Positions 1 through 12,614 are shown, counted from the first letter of the stretch. The stretch is 57,489 bases of DNA from Toensbergia leucococca (GCA_022813965.1 JALDZS010000004.1:248001-305489); one strand, 5' to 3'. The notes: a model not told the origin generated them from the sequence alone. Made by a program: numbers and translations.

Positions 1-1867
1 TTCGGGGCAGCCATTGCACGTACGAAGCATGATCTTGTTGAAGTATTTGATCCCTTCTGCGCGCTTCTTTTCAGCTGCACTGGCTAAGCGATCCTGAGAA
101 ACATACTCATTGTATGAAATCTTGCTGATAACCCCTCCACGCTCAGGACGCTTTGGAAGGGGTGCCATCTTTCCGTTCTCGTCATGAAGACCACATTTAG
201 ATCGAAGCTTCCGGAGGCGGTGGTAACGACCCATGCTCTGGAGACTAGCCGGCACGTATTCCATATTCACTGTGGCACCGGTCCTAAGCTCTCCCACTAA
301 TCGAGCAATGTGGTACTGCTTGACTGCGTCCGTCCAGTTGGAGACATATCCGCCGAATCCTTTGCGGTCATAGTGTTCGTGGCGCCAACAGGTAAGCTTT
401 AGCAGCATCTCGAAAGCGTTGTCAGAAAACCAACGCTGAGTTAAATTAATGAAATCATTGCGCTTTCTAAGAGTCATGGTAGGATCTTCCATCCAGCCAG
501 AGGCAGTGCAGTACGGAACCTCAGTCGGCTTGTCGGCGAGAGCAAAGGCAGGGAATAAAAACTCCTGAAGCTTAGAAGTTGGTGCAAAGCGTTCTCGGAA
601 GACTTCGAAAGTCCGAGAAGAAGACATGTGCGGACGACCAATCCAGCCAATGAGTTCGCCCGTTCCTGGACGTCGATCCTCATATGGTGCCGGATCGTGC
701 CCTTCCCAGAGCTGCTTGGCAGCTAGAACCAAAAGACCGCGAACGGTGCGGCGGTTAGCCTCGATAGCCGATTTCTCAAGACGTTGCATTTCCTGCTTTT
801 GAGAGTTCTGTTTCCGCGCGCGCAGCTGAGTTCCGACGTCCGTTCCCTCCTGCGAGCGAAGAAGATCATCTATCTCTGGCAAATAGAATGTTTTACCAGT
901 CGGCTCTCGACCATATGGACGGAGGGTAAGATGCGGGAGTACGAAGTATAATTGTTCTATCTTTCGAAGAGCACCGGATGCTAGATTCAAAGGTTAGGAA
1001 ACACATCCTCCTGTCAGCTGCGTCAATGCACTCACAAACGGTGTATTCTCTCAGACATTCTTGACAGAACAGTATGCCCCAACGCCAGTATTTGACTGGC
1101 AAACCATCGGAACTTCTCTCGGTGAGGCATATGAAACATCTCTTGTGGTCCTCGAGGTAACCCAAGATTTCTCGCTTGTAGTCAAAGTATGACTGATACG
1201 GTCCGCCTAATGCTCTATTACGCTTGCGTGTAGATGCAATGATTTTAAAGGGTGCCATATTGATATTGAATAGGTGTGGGGGGACTACGTAGTCTCCATG
1301 CACCAATGAAATCTGATCAGAAAACATCGATATAGACCCAGATGAACCGGTGAAATCTGATGGCTGCGAAGACATGACATTTGAAGATGGATCGGAGTAG
1401 ATGGATGATCTTGGAGGCGAAGTTAGCTAAGCCAAAAAATCCGCTGCCCAAACTGAGGAGCCTACCCTCGGAAGATATTTTGCTGGACTAAGTTTGCCAA
1501 GGTGTCAGGATCTGGGAGTTCAATCTCTGGCAACTGACGGAACTCTGACTCCTTCCACAAGCAAGTAGGCATGACATCGTACCAAATCTTGTTGCCGTAC
1601 TCAAATGATAGTCGTGTACGCATTGCCTCACTTGCTTGTGAGAGATTCAGCAACCAAAGGGGGGGTAGAGAGCGACAAATCTGTCCAAATATTTCACGAG
1701 GCACGCTCTCAAGGCCTGGGGAGGCATGATGTCCTTGCTTGGAGAATGTGAACTCCTTCATGTTCTCAGGACCTATTGGAACAATTAGGCCAATTGCATT
1801 GAGGAATTTCAAGGAATGTAATACCATCGATATCCATAGGCTCACACTTTGATTGATTGAAGCACAT
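1..1867 (-). CDS. F-box-like domain protein, multi-exon, 3' end runs off the window start
   Basis: ORF 1462-1845 contains F-box-like LESVPREIFGQICRSLPPLWLLNLSQASEAMR...IW. GT-AG introns (~1773-1845, ~1411-1465, ~981-1035) join it to ORF 893-1375 (CFIC...CQEC) and to a further open frame running toward position 1. ATG at 1867 is inferred from splicing; 1761 is an alternative start. Confidence 0.6.
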
Positions 1868-3286
1868 GATGCTAGTAGTGCATCGTATGCTGGCTGGCTG
1901 ATTCAAATTAGCACTCTCGCTGCCGTGATCACGAATTCTTGATGATAGTAGCTGTACCTAAAATGGGAAGAAGCTGACTCAGATGAAAAGGTGAAGGACG
2001 TGATCAGTAACACGTCTTCGACTGTGTGCAGATGATGTTTCTACCCTGTCGTGATCACGAGTAAGTACAGGTGGGTAGGAGTGAATCGTGGTAGCGTTCG
2101 TGTAAAGCAGTGAAAGGAGCCTTGCGCCGAGGGGCTAACGCCTATGAAGGAAGTGAGGTTTTGCACTCACAGAACGGTACGACTAAGATGTATGAGTACC
2201 AGGAGGACCTCGTGCGGCAGGATGCGGACTCTAAGCCTTAATACGCCAGACTGATTCAGCTGGCAAAGAGAGCAGAGACTCCTGGATCAAGGAAGAAGGC
2301 CAAAGGTCCGTAAAACTTGATCCTCAGAAAACGATCGAGAGAATCAGGAAGTTAGATATGTAGATGCTGTATGGTATGTGAATCAATGCTGCAAGGTATC
2401 GAAGACGTTGAAGGAAGACTCAAACTCGGTCCGAAGAGCTCTTCAAGAAGATCAAGGATTCTCTACTATCAAAGACTCCAGCCAGCTGACCGCTACACAG
2501 AAGGTCTCTGCCGGCGTGTCAGTCAGAGTCCTCGCTGCTAGTTCTTCGCTGGTGGGCAAGCAGTGCTATGAAGATTGTAAAAAGTATGAGTCGTGAAGAA
2601 CTTGTGTTCAATTTTGGTGTTCCTCGCCAAATTGCTCGGATATCCAAATCGCTCAATGAATAATATCAAAGAATACTCAGGGATGATGGCTATTGAGAAG
2701 CACACATCCCATTGAATCCCTCCAGACGGTCCTCATTTCGTCTGGGTCCTATTTTCGGGTATAGAACGGTGATATTTTGGAGATTGGTACTAAGCGGCTC
2801 TGCACAAAAATCTCGAAAACAACTTGAGCCAGAGAACACTAACATTCCGCAATATCCATATAGTCTTAGCTCTCAGGAGACTCGATGGTGATCGTGGACT
2901 GATAGTCGGCACGGTGATGATGGCCGCGAGTGAATTGAAATTGTTAGCCTCATCGCTACTTCACTGCAAATTGGGGTTTGGACCAAACAATACTTGACAA
3001 TAAGCCAGGAAAAATCGGTGCTGCTCATCTCTCTTACCAAATCGAACCTGCAGCAGCCCTAGCGGCTTCCAGTCCAAAAACTTCTTGCAGTCTCTTCGCA
3101 ATGAGCCATAGCCACGCAAAACGGGGGCGCAGTTTCGCAGAATGTTCGGGTTAAATGATTAAGATAGAAGACTTAGTGCAAGAAGATGCAGGTATGAATG
3201 TCTCTCAAATTGAAAAGGCAGAGTCAACTAATTTATATGTAAAACGTGCGGAAGTCACAGTGTGGTGCGAAAAAGATTACGAACCG

Positions 3287-3332
3287 AAGGTATAACGGGA
3301 AGTATGACGGGGAGTATGACGGGAAGTATAAA
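3287..3332. repeat. Imperfect 12-bp tandem repeat (GRAGTATRACGG) x3-4
   Basis: aaggtataacgg gaagtatgacgg ggagtatgacgg gaagtataaag, in the 3' flank of the upstream minus-strand gene. Confidence 0.7.
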
Positions 3333-3531
3333 GCAGTCACACGTGCACCAATTGTTGAGCTCGACCGCGTGGGGAAATTAGGATGTTCTGAAGATCTTGT
3401 AATTCTGATAGATGGAGCTCGAAATGAAGACTCGAGTGAAGAGCTGGGCACAAAGAAACCGTCTAAAAAGCAGACAGCACAAAAGAGAATGGGAAAGAAA
3501 GGCCGGTGACATTGCCTTGACGAGCACTAGG

Positions 3532-4153
3532 TCATTTTTTTGTAGTCCTGGCCTTTTTGGCAGGAGCTTTTTCCTCCACTTCCTTTTCCTCTTCCGGAGC
3601 ACTACGTTTAGTCCCGATCCGTGCGCTCTTCCTCGTTCCTGTTGCGGGCTCTTTCTTAGCCTTAGGAGTCTTGGTCTTGGTCTCGCCCTTCTTGCTGGTA
3701 GCTTTCTTGCCACTATTGGCTTTGGGCTTCTCTTTCCCATCTTTCTTCTCTTCATCCTCCTTGTTTACCTCGTCGTCCTTCTTCGAGTCGGACTTTGGCT
3801 CGGGCGCGCCCTTAGTCGGTTCGTTCTTAGATCCAGCTTCGTTTTCGTACTCGCCGCCCTCACGTTCATATTCCTTGGCAATCTTGGCTCCCTGCGCAGT
3901 CATCGCAAGCGGTTAGCATGCGCCATGACGGAGGGAAACAGAAAGAACGTCGCAATTGGAGCTTATACCTTCCAAGCAGCCATCTGCCCCTTTCCCGAGC
4001 CATCTTTGTTCGTCTCATTTTTCACTTCTATTCGATGACGCGCATTAGATATGCGCAGCAAGGATTGATTCAGAAGACGCGCAACGGCGACAGACTTTCT
4101 TTGACCTCCTCCCGCAATTTCGGATCTGTGGGCTTTCCTTTCGAAGAAGGCAT
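3532..4153 (-). CDS. Small hydrophilic Lys/Glu-rich conserved fungal protein (DUF5872-like N-terminus), 3 exons
   Basis: Exons 4153-4096, 4027-3969 and 3891-3532 with GT-AG introns give MPSSKGKPTDPKLREEVKEKVKNETNKDGSGKGQMAAWKGAKIAKEYEREGGEYENEAG, followed by a K/E/A-rich tail. Family name is from memory of the DPxLREE...KxYExxGGxY motif. Confidence 0.75.
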
Positions 4154-4581
4154 CCTTATGGTACTTGGATCGAAGCAATTTCTGTTGATCTTGTGCGTTA
4201 CGATGCGATTCTGCAAAAGCGCGTTGTTGCTAAGAGACAGATGCGAGCCGAGACAGAGCGGCTACCTTAAACATGGTAGAGTACGCTAAGGGGAAACCCT
4301 ACCACGCCAAGATTGCTTTAAATCACGTTGACCACCAGGTCCAGCGGATCACAATTGTAGAATTCTGGCCAGAGCTCAAACAATTTCCAGCACCAAGTCA
4401 CTCCTTCATTTTCGGAGCGGAAGCAGCGGTAGGTATCTTCTCACAACTCTCAACCAGATACAATACGGAGTGCCACTTTCTGCATTCCAATCCATATCAT
4501 GGATTCCTTCCGCCGCGATTAGTATTGCTTCGAAGCAACTACAAGAAACATCGGGTAACGCACAAAAAAGTTGTAGTTCTT

Positions 4582-5362
4582 TCAAGTCAACTGCCTGACC
4601 TTCTCCACCTCGGGTCCTTCAATGCTGATCACATGGACTCCGTTCTCCTGTAACTCATTCTTCGCTGCGGTCCAACCATTTTCTCCAAAGTCAATGCTCT
4701 TTGTGCCTTCCTCGATAACGTATACTTCAAAGCCTTCTTTTTTTGCATCGACGGCGGTCCATTTTACGCAACAGTCCCCTGCCAATCCTACCGCGTAGAC
4801 GTGGGTTATTCCAGCATCTTTCAATAGCGCTGCAAGATCGAGGCTAGCAGCATTCGATTTATTCCCAAAGGCATCTGCAAACCCAGAGTACATCTCAACC
4901 CTCTTGTCTCTTCCTTTCTCCACAACGTGGTCAATCTTCGAAAAATCAATTTCAGGTATGATTTCTGCCCCATCTGTGCCCTGCACACAGTGAACAGGCC
5001 ATATGATAGTTTGCTTGGTCTCAAGGAGATTGTAAGGGTTGGTCATGGTTGCAGAAGATTCAAACGGCTTGTTGTTTGGGGGAGTATGTGATGTATCGAA
5101 GGATACATGGTCGCTGGGATGAAAATCTTTAGTAGCAACTTTAAGGGAATAAGGTAGAGACAGGAGGCTGTTAACAACGGGCGCAAGATCACGCCCTCCA
5201 GGGACAGCTAAACTTCCATTCTGCAATGTCGTGAGTAATGTCGATAATGAGCGATACTTGGGATATACACACAGGAGGACAGAAATCCTCTTGCATATCC
5301 ACGACGAGCAAGGCTGGCTTGAAGGCAACCGCACTGCTATGACGATCCATTTCCATAATCAT
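4582..5362 (-). CDS. PNC1: Nicotinamidase/pyrazinamidase (isochorismatase family), 2 exons
   Basis: ALLVVDMQEDFCPP|NGSLAVPGG (intron 5221-5272), TKDFHPSDHVSF, WPVHCVQGT, EKG...YSGF, GLAGDCCV catalytic motif. Confidence 0.92.
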
Positions 5363-5692
5363 TGATGTCAAGAACTTCGTTGATCGCGTGGATTGTGGAG
5401 TTTGGAAAGCTTGAAAAGTTTCAATCGAACTAGGTACAAAAAGCCGTTTTACAGCGCCAAGCCACTAAAGATCTCATCCAGCCACCCGACATCAACACTA
5501 TCGACCATATGGAATACTATTTAATGGCTCGGGCTTTTCTACCAGAAGGCAGGTCAGGTTCTGCTCAGAATGAGTAGTTCTATTCAACCAAATATGCCAC
5601 TGAACTTTGTGGTAAGTCTAGACTCATTTCAACTTCTAAGAGCACGTTCGGCTTTGGCTACCCTTCTATCGATAAATACTTTCCTATGCGCC

Positions 5693-6676
5693 TCAAAAGC
5701 ACTCATCCTTTCTGGCATCAGTAACCAATCTTCTAGGTGCCTCGACAGAGAATCTGGGGTCCCCATCTTCTTGCCATAAATCGACGATTTCTCCTCTCTT
5801 CTCTGTACTTTGCTTTATAGGTGTCTCTCCAGCAATGATATTTTGGAAAAGCTGGCGTACAGGTAGCAATATTCCTATTGCGTCCGTGGAAGATGTGATG
5901 TGCCCGCATCCTATCTTGATTGGAGTTCTATCTAGCTTGGAGTTCTTTCCGCTGACGAAGCTGATCAATTTTTCCAAAGAGCTCATGTACTGAATAAGGT
6001 TGCCTTCGTTCGGGAAGATGATGGGCTGGGCGTAAGAATTGTCTCCAGAGACCCGCTCATAGAATGAATCACCAACATAGAGATAACGTTCTTCTTCGTC
6101 ATACCAAGCCAGCTCGTCTGGCGTATGGCCTGGGGTGTGTAAGACTTGTAGGCCTAGCGGAGATCCCTCGAAGATTATACTCTCAAAATCTGCCGCCCAA
6201 AAAGAGACGGAGTATTCAGGGGTAGGGATACCGAGAAAGAGACAGAGAGAGTGCTCGGGAAGATCATCTTCTATGAAAGACTTCTCATGGGAGGATGCAA
6301 GGATAGTTGGTTTTACGGTTTTGAAACAGGGTATCCCAAGAATGTGGTCGTAATGACAATGGGTGCAGATTATCAGATATTGTCTTGATAGTTTTCCATC
6401 TCCTTGGTGTGGATTTAAGGGCTGGTTCTCATTTGCGGTGACTGGATGAGTCTCGATGAAATGGCGCAAAGATGGCTCAGCAGAACGAGATAGGCCTCCG
6501 CATCCGGTATCGGATAACACAACAAGAGGTGGATCATTATATAATTTGGCATAGATGAAAGGGTGTTCGGACTTGTCGTCCTCGACGATGACAAATGTGC
6601 TTTGGTTCAGTCGTGTGCATTTAAAATAGGGAATGGGAGATGGCGATGGAGCTCTTTTCTCTCCCTGGTGACTCAT
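5693..6676 (-). CDS. Metallo-beta-lactamase-fold hydrolase
   Basis: Single 327-aa ORF with DTG, THCHYDH (HxHxDH), HTPGHT, GD and GH metal-binding motifs. Confidence 0.9.
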   Translation of the reverse strand: MSHQGEKRAPSPSPIPYFKCTRLNQSTFVIVEDDKSEHPFIYAKLYNDPPLVVLSDTGCGGLSRSAEPSLRHFIETHPVTANENQPLNPHQGDGKLSRQYLIICTHCHYDHILGIPCFKTVKPTILASSHEKSFIEDDLPEHSLCLFLGIPTPEYSVSFWAADFESIIFEGSPLGLQVLHTPGHTPDELAWYDEEERYLYVGDSFYERVSGDNSYAQPIIFPNEGNLIQYMSSLEKLISFVSGKNSKLDRTPIKIGCGHITSSTDAIGILLPVRQLFQNIIAGETPIKQSTEKRGEIVDLWQEDGDPRFSVEAPRRLVTDARKDECF

Positions 6677-7988
6677 GCCTGACTTGTGTGAAATTCTAGA
6701 GTGGTTTACGTGGAAGAAAGCATGAGGACAAGAGGAACAAGTATCCGTACCCTCCTCGCCCTCCTGATGATCTGATAATGACAGATTCAGCCGTGAGAGC
6801 CCGAGTTCTTGAAAAGTCTGAAGATTAGTTGTTACGAAACATATATTAGGGTTTGATCGATAAATTAGGTAGAATAAAGGAGTGAAGGTAAGGTAGTCTT
6901 AAGCACGAGTAGATAAAGCCTAACGGAATGTCAAGTGTGGTGATCATCTGCCAGTGGCTCAGGTGGCTTGAAGATGCCAGTACAACTCTAGAATATGTTA
7001 TTCTTAGAGTGTTCTAGAATAGCGTGAGTAGGTAAGGTAGGTAAGGTAGGTAGATTAATCAAACCTCTAGCTGAAACTAGAAATCACGAGTATCTTTCGC
7101 GATGAAACAACGCTTTCTCCTAACGTCTTGCAACGGTTCAACAATATCCAACTACTAGTACATTGACTGGACGAGAGACTTTGAGCCTTTGAGTGGGTTC
7201 AGATAGTTCGCCAGATATATGAAAGCATTGCCACCGCAATCAATGCCCTGGGGGCTCTTTCTTAACATGATCGATACTTGGTAGGTACAATCAACAGAAG
7301 GTTTCTCTTGTTCGAGAGGTGCCGAAGATATCAAGCCTTGAGAATGACTAGCTAGAGACGGCGAGATTGCACGCCCCAATATCCTATGCTGAGTGTCGGC
7401 TAGAGGACCTGAAATAGGCGCCACAACTTGCCACTTCAAGTCGCGAGGTATTTGAGCCTATCAGAGCCTGTCATTGGAAGATTCTGATGTAAATGCACAA
7501 GTGGCAGAGGACTTGGTTGAAATGTTTCAATATGGTTACTGCGACAGATGTACTTTGAGCATCAGGCCTTGATTGGCTATCGATGTCCACCGGTGAATAA
7601 GGATGCTGTCTATTGAAGCTCAACTGTTTCGCTTTGTTGTTTCGCGTGCTTCGCATTGTATTGAATTCACTTTGTCATTATCGTACAATGACTGTTCCTC
7701 ATTGTCATTCCTTATTGTCTATTCTTCACCTGCCTGTGCTCTTCCATTGATCTCTTTGTCCTTCATTGTACCTAATTGTTCTTGTTTGTTCTCTTCATCA
7801 GCACATCTATTGTCCATCTGATTCCCACTTTCCAAAAGTCTTCGTCAACTTCTATAAAAGCCTTTCCTTCATTCAACCAATTCTTTCCTCTTCAACCTGC
7901 TCACACAACACCAAGTCGCCGAAAATCATCTCTCGATCTCTTCTCACCCATATCTCGGGTTAATTCAAGAATATCTTATCACATCAAC

Positions 7989-9521
7989 ATGCCAGCCTCA
8001 TCCACTATGAGCCGCATCTCTTTTGCCCTGGTGGCACTTAACTTTCTCATATCCAAATCGGCTGCGCACACCTGGGGTGAGCAACTGATGGTCATCGGCA
8101 CCAACGGCACCTACGAAGGAAGCCCTGGCTACTCTCGCGGCTTTGTGCCCAGGACTGCTGCCGGCTTTGACGATGCGACCATGGTCAATCTCATTCCTCC
8201 TAATGGCAGGTCCACCGGAAATGAGATCTTAGCGACTGATCCCATCTGCAAGAGCACCCAACAAACCTTGAATCAGACAAACGGCTTCCCGCGACTTCAA
8301 GCACCGGCAGGTAGCTTCATCGCCATTCGATATCAAGAGAATGGTCATGTCACACTTCCTCAAAACCAGCCAGGAAAGCCAGCCAACCGTGGCACTGTCT
8401 CTATCTACGGAACGGAGGATCCAAATCAGAATGATACTTTGAAGGCAATTCATAATGTTTGGAACACAGCCGGCACTGGAGGCGACAAGAGAGGGAAACT
8501 TCTGGCCACTGCGGACTACGATGACAAACAGTGCTATCAAGTTAACGGCGGGCCTATTTCAACTTCACGTCAAGCTCAGTTCAAGCACACTGCCGACCAG
8601 GTCGGGGGTGCAGATCTTTTGTGCCAGAACAATATCGTGCTCCCTTCCGACGCCACTGTAGGCAAACCCTACACCATCTACTGGATCTGGGACTGGCCAA
8701 CGGCTCCTAATGTTGACCCTAGCCTTCCTCAGGGAAAGCTTGAGTTATACACTACGTGCGCAGACATTGACATCACAGCAGGGTCACCGAAGAACGAGAC
8801 TGCCACCTTCAGCTACGCTGCAGGTCAACCAGTAAATTCAGCTGCCGTCTCCAGCTACTTCGTAGATCTCGTCGCTGGATCCAGCCTTCTCGCGGTAGGT
8901 GGTCCGTCTACGGCTCCCGTCGCTGGTTCAACTTCCTCGGCGATTCCAGCTGGTTCGACCTCGCAAGCAGCTTCACAAGCACCAGTACCGGCGCCTGCAG
9001 CTCCTTCGGCAGCCGCACCTCAAGCATCGACTCCTGTTCCTGCTTCCTCACCAGCATCTGCTTCCGTACCTCAAGCGTCGACTGATGCCCCGTTGCCTCC
9101 AACTGCACCTGCTACAACAATGATGTCAATGATGACGATGACAGTCACCGAGCAAGTCCTATCAACCGTCACAGTATCTGCTGAGGGAGATGGACAGCCT
9201 CTCTCACCTCAAGGTCCGTCTGCAGCTTCAAATGCCACGTCGGTCACTGCTCTAAGTGCGCCAACGGTCGCGCCTCTTCCGCCTTCATCAGGTGTGCCTG
9301 CAGCCCCGGCCACTACCGTACTTACAACTGTGGCAATTCCATCAGGGACAGCCACTGCTTTGACAACATCGGCGACAGGGACCTATTCGGCTCCTCCTGC
9401 AATCAAAGCTAGATGCTTGTCGTGCAGGACACAGAAGCGATCGAGAATCTTAGGCTCGGCCGATTCCGAGTCGGACAGTACTTTCTCGAATCCAGGCTCT
9501 GCCAAGTTCCGACTCACTTAG
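7989..9521 (+). CDS. Secreted protein with N-terminal His, LPMO-like domain and Ser/Thr/Pro/Ala-rich tail
   Basis: Signal peptide (SRISFALVALNFLISKSAA) followed by HTWGEQL; YQENGH; YTIYWIWDW; ELYTTCADIDI; four Cys in the domain; long low-complexity C-terminus. The ORF track starts at an upstream non-ATG codon; first ATG is 7989 (8007 alternative). Confidence 0.85.
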   Translation: MPASSTMSRISFALVALNFLISKSAAHTWGEQLMVIGTNGTYEGSPGYSRGFVPRTAAGFDDATMVNLIPPNGRSTGNEILATDPICKSTQQTLNQTNGFPRLQAPAGSFIAIRYQENGHVTLPQNQPGKPANRGTVSIYGTEDPNQNDTLKAIHNVWNTAGTGGDKRGKLLATADYDDKQCYQVNGGPISTSRQAQFKHTADQVGGADLLCQNNIVLPSDATVGKPYTIYWIWDWPTAPNVDPSLPQGKLELYTTCADIDITAGSPKNETATFSYAAGQPVNSAAVSSYFVDLVAGSSLLAVGGPSTAPVAGSTSSAIPAGSTSQAASQAPVPAPAAPSAAAPQASTPVPASSPASASVPQASTDAPLPPTAPATTMMSMMTMTVTEQVLSTVTVSAEGDGQPLSPQGPSAASNATSVTALSAPTVAPLPPSSGVPAAPATTVLTTVAIPSGTATALTTSATGTYSAPPAIKARCLSCRTQKRSRILGSADSESDSTFSNPGSAKFRLT

Positions 9522-10730
9522 AGTCTTCGTTCGTTCACGAATTTCTTATCTATTCCCAATCTTTTACATTTAGCGACATCTTAGTTCCTGTCCGGAACAG
9601 GATTCCATTAGACTTCGCATAGCTGGTATGGGGGAAGAAATTTTTTTTGGAGTTTGTTAGATAGCGTCTGAATTTACTTGTCTTTCTTGTCCTTCTAGAT
9701 ATTAATAGAGTATGTACATACGCATGTTTTTTTTATGATATCCCACAAAGTTTTGGCAAATATGGTTTCCAAGTGATTCAATCAGCTCACTGGTTTCACG
9801 AATTACTCTTGAATCTCAGGACTCTGATCTCACTTGCTATATGACTTTACTAAACCCTAATGTAATTTGATGCATCTTGCAATATTTCTCAATCATTTGA
9901 ACTTATCCTAATTTAGTAATAAATCACCTGCTTACCTACAAAGTCCTTCACCGCCGGCACCCTTGCCAATCAGCAATCCTTTCAATGCTTTAAAGAAATG
10001 AGACTTTTTACATAGATTCAGGCTCACATTAAACAACATTTCATCTATTCATGTATCTGTCCTTCACAGCTGAACCTCAGATAAGACTATATTTCCCGCT
10101 CCCAAGGTTTTTCTCTCCTACATGACTTTCAACACGAGATACTCTCGGCCATCAGCCACGATTCAAGGTTTCATATTTTAGTTTTCATGCTCTCAATGAG
10201 ACAATACTTCCAAAATTAAAGAATTAGCTTGGAACGGCACCTTCTCACACTTACAAGCATGCTTCAATTCAAGTGTCTATTTGTATCAGCTCATCATGAC
10301 AGAGCAGGCAGTGCTGATGTTACTCTTTCAATCATGAGATCGCATGATGATTTGATTTGTGGGTCATATGCAAAAGCCTGCTCTAATTGACTTTTGTGCA
10401 TAGTCTTCAATTACGTGTTTGTTTTGCATGTGTTATTCTACCTAGGGAGTTACCTATCGGTACTAAGTGATGTTCCATCAGAAGTAATTGATTTAAGAGC
10501 TTTCAGATCCATCATACTATTATCTCCTTGCAAACACATCAGTTTATCACCTCCGTCATTTATGAACTCATTCCGATACTTGCCTTCAACAGGTAGTGTG
10601 AGTATTCTATCACTTGCTATACTTGATATAAAGATCCGAATTCTGGATTCATCGACTCTCCCGCTGTCACCATTATATACTTCAGCCTCACAGTACTACT
10701 GACTTTTATAACACTCTATAGCTTGAGGAA

Positions 10731-12614
10731 TGATGACTTCTTCCTATGAAAACGAACCAATCATCTCGTTCCATCCGCATGAAGTTCTTCTCGAGATTGC
10801 AGGAGTTGTCACTGCAAGGGCGAGTGATCTTGTCTTCACATTTCCAACATTAGCGACTCTCTGGATGCGGTAAAGATGACGATCACATAATTTGAGCAAA
10901 AAGTCTCTCTGCAGGCTTCTCTCAAAGCACTGCAAGGAGGCTCTCCGGGCCATGGCCTTAGATGACATGGATAACAAATCTGTAGCTCCTCTGACGATGC
11001 GAAATGCAAGAGATGCCAATCTATGGCCTGAACCGCCGCTGCCTCAACAAAAGTCAAGCAAACGATTCGAGACAACGCCAAAAGACTTGCGGGAAACCAA
11101 CCTTACATTTCCAATGTACGAGCATCGAAAGATGAACGTGTGCTAGCTTCAATACCCATGAAAATGGTAATATCAGCATTTGATGGCTTTTTAGCAAGCC
11201 TTGTTGGAATAATCCCCAATGCTTGTTGTCTATGAGGTACAGGCGCGCATGCGTACATGATGACCTCCGACATGTTCTCTAACGATTTCAGGAAATATCT
11301 GGATGACCCCATACACGATCCATATAGAAGGCAATTTAACGCTTTAGCTGAGTTCGAAAGCACAGCACGACTGTCGAAGAGTGTCATTGACATTTCTACT
11401 GTCTTTGAGCTAGTCTCGAGGTCTGCCATTCCCAATGGTCGATCCGGAATCATCCTCTGGTAGCTCGGATTCCTAGATCAATTCCATCATTTTCACCAGC
11501 ACACCACGCAAGGGTCAGCATTCATCACAACCAACTCTGGAGGCATTAGCAGAAAAAGGGGTAATGGTAATCTAGATATTGCACGACAGACAACAGCTGA
11601 CAGAAGTGTAGATAAAGATACACATGTAGAAAACTCCACTATCTTAGGTGATACCGCCGCTGCGTGGCGACTATGTCAAGGACGAAAAATGGGGAGACAT
11701 GATCGCAGATGGCTTTGTTGATTCTGATGGAGAAACTCAGCCGAGTTTAGGATATCCTCGAACTAAAACCTGACAAGGCTCAAATGAGAGAAGCGTTGTC
11801 ACCACAAAGCCCCACAGTGCTCACATCTTCAACGGAATAGCTAATCCCAAAGACATCCAAAACAGCGGCTGCTAACGAAAAAAATAAATCCTCAAAAAAA
11901 AAAAGAATCAATCAATAGCATTCAACCACCCGCAGCAATCGAGGCAAGTACTAATTGACTTGTAAGATTTCTTTCCAGACTCTACACTCTTCCACCTCCA
12001 GAACACCTACCAAGTTCCTCGCGAACAATCTGGCGACCACGGGGCGATACTCCAGGAGCCCAGAAGAGTCAATTAATCCAAGTAATCGTCAGTATCCAGA
12101 CCATTAGTAATTCCCGGGCGGTGGTGAATAATAGTGGATATATAAGACGAAAAAGGGGAACATGACCCCCAAAAAAGCACCACGGCGAACAACGACAAGA
12201 GGCAGAATTGAAAAACTGCTGGATTGTGAAGGAAGAACTGGCAGAACTCCACGACCGCCGATCTTTCGTCCGATAGCGAGCATTCCTCGGACAAAGACCA
12301 CCATCAAAAAAACCCCGGTAGGTCTTTGCCTCGCCAGTCTAGAACAAGTGAATAGTCCTAAAAGTCTCCTTTTCTTTCTTTCTTTCTCTCTTTCTTTTGT
12401 AGTCCCAAAAGACGAGAATCGGGAAAAACAACAATCAATGACTGATGCAAACTCGCCACTCCAAAAGTCTCCCCTACCGATCAAGGACAAACTCATCGAA
12501 GATGCACACGAACGCCGAGCCCATTTCCAAAAAAAAAAAATAACCAAGAGAGGTATCCATCCTGCCATATCTAGATTCGTATCCAAGCACGACAACGAAC
12601 GGAGCATATTCTAA
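10731..12614 (+). pseudogene. Probable decayed gene of unknown family
   Basis: Protein-like + strand frame from ~10840 to ~11720 broken by scattered TAA/TGA/TAG codons, with an intron-like segment (GTAATG...GCTGAC...TAG at ~11561-11610). No family motif recognised. Confidence 0.3.

Noticed and set aside
3378..4038. Long overlapping ORFs (208 aa +, 119 aa +, 125 aa -)
   Set aside because: Antisense or alternative-frame shadows of the low-complexity Lys/Glu-rich gene.
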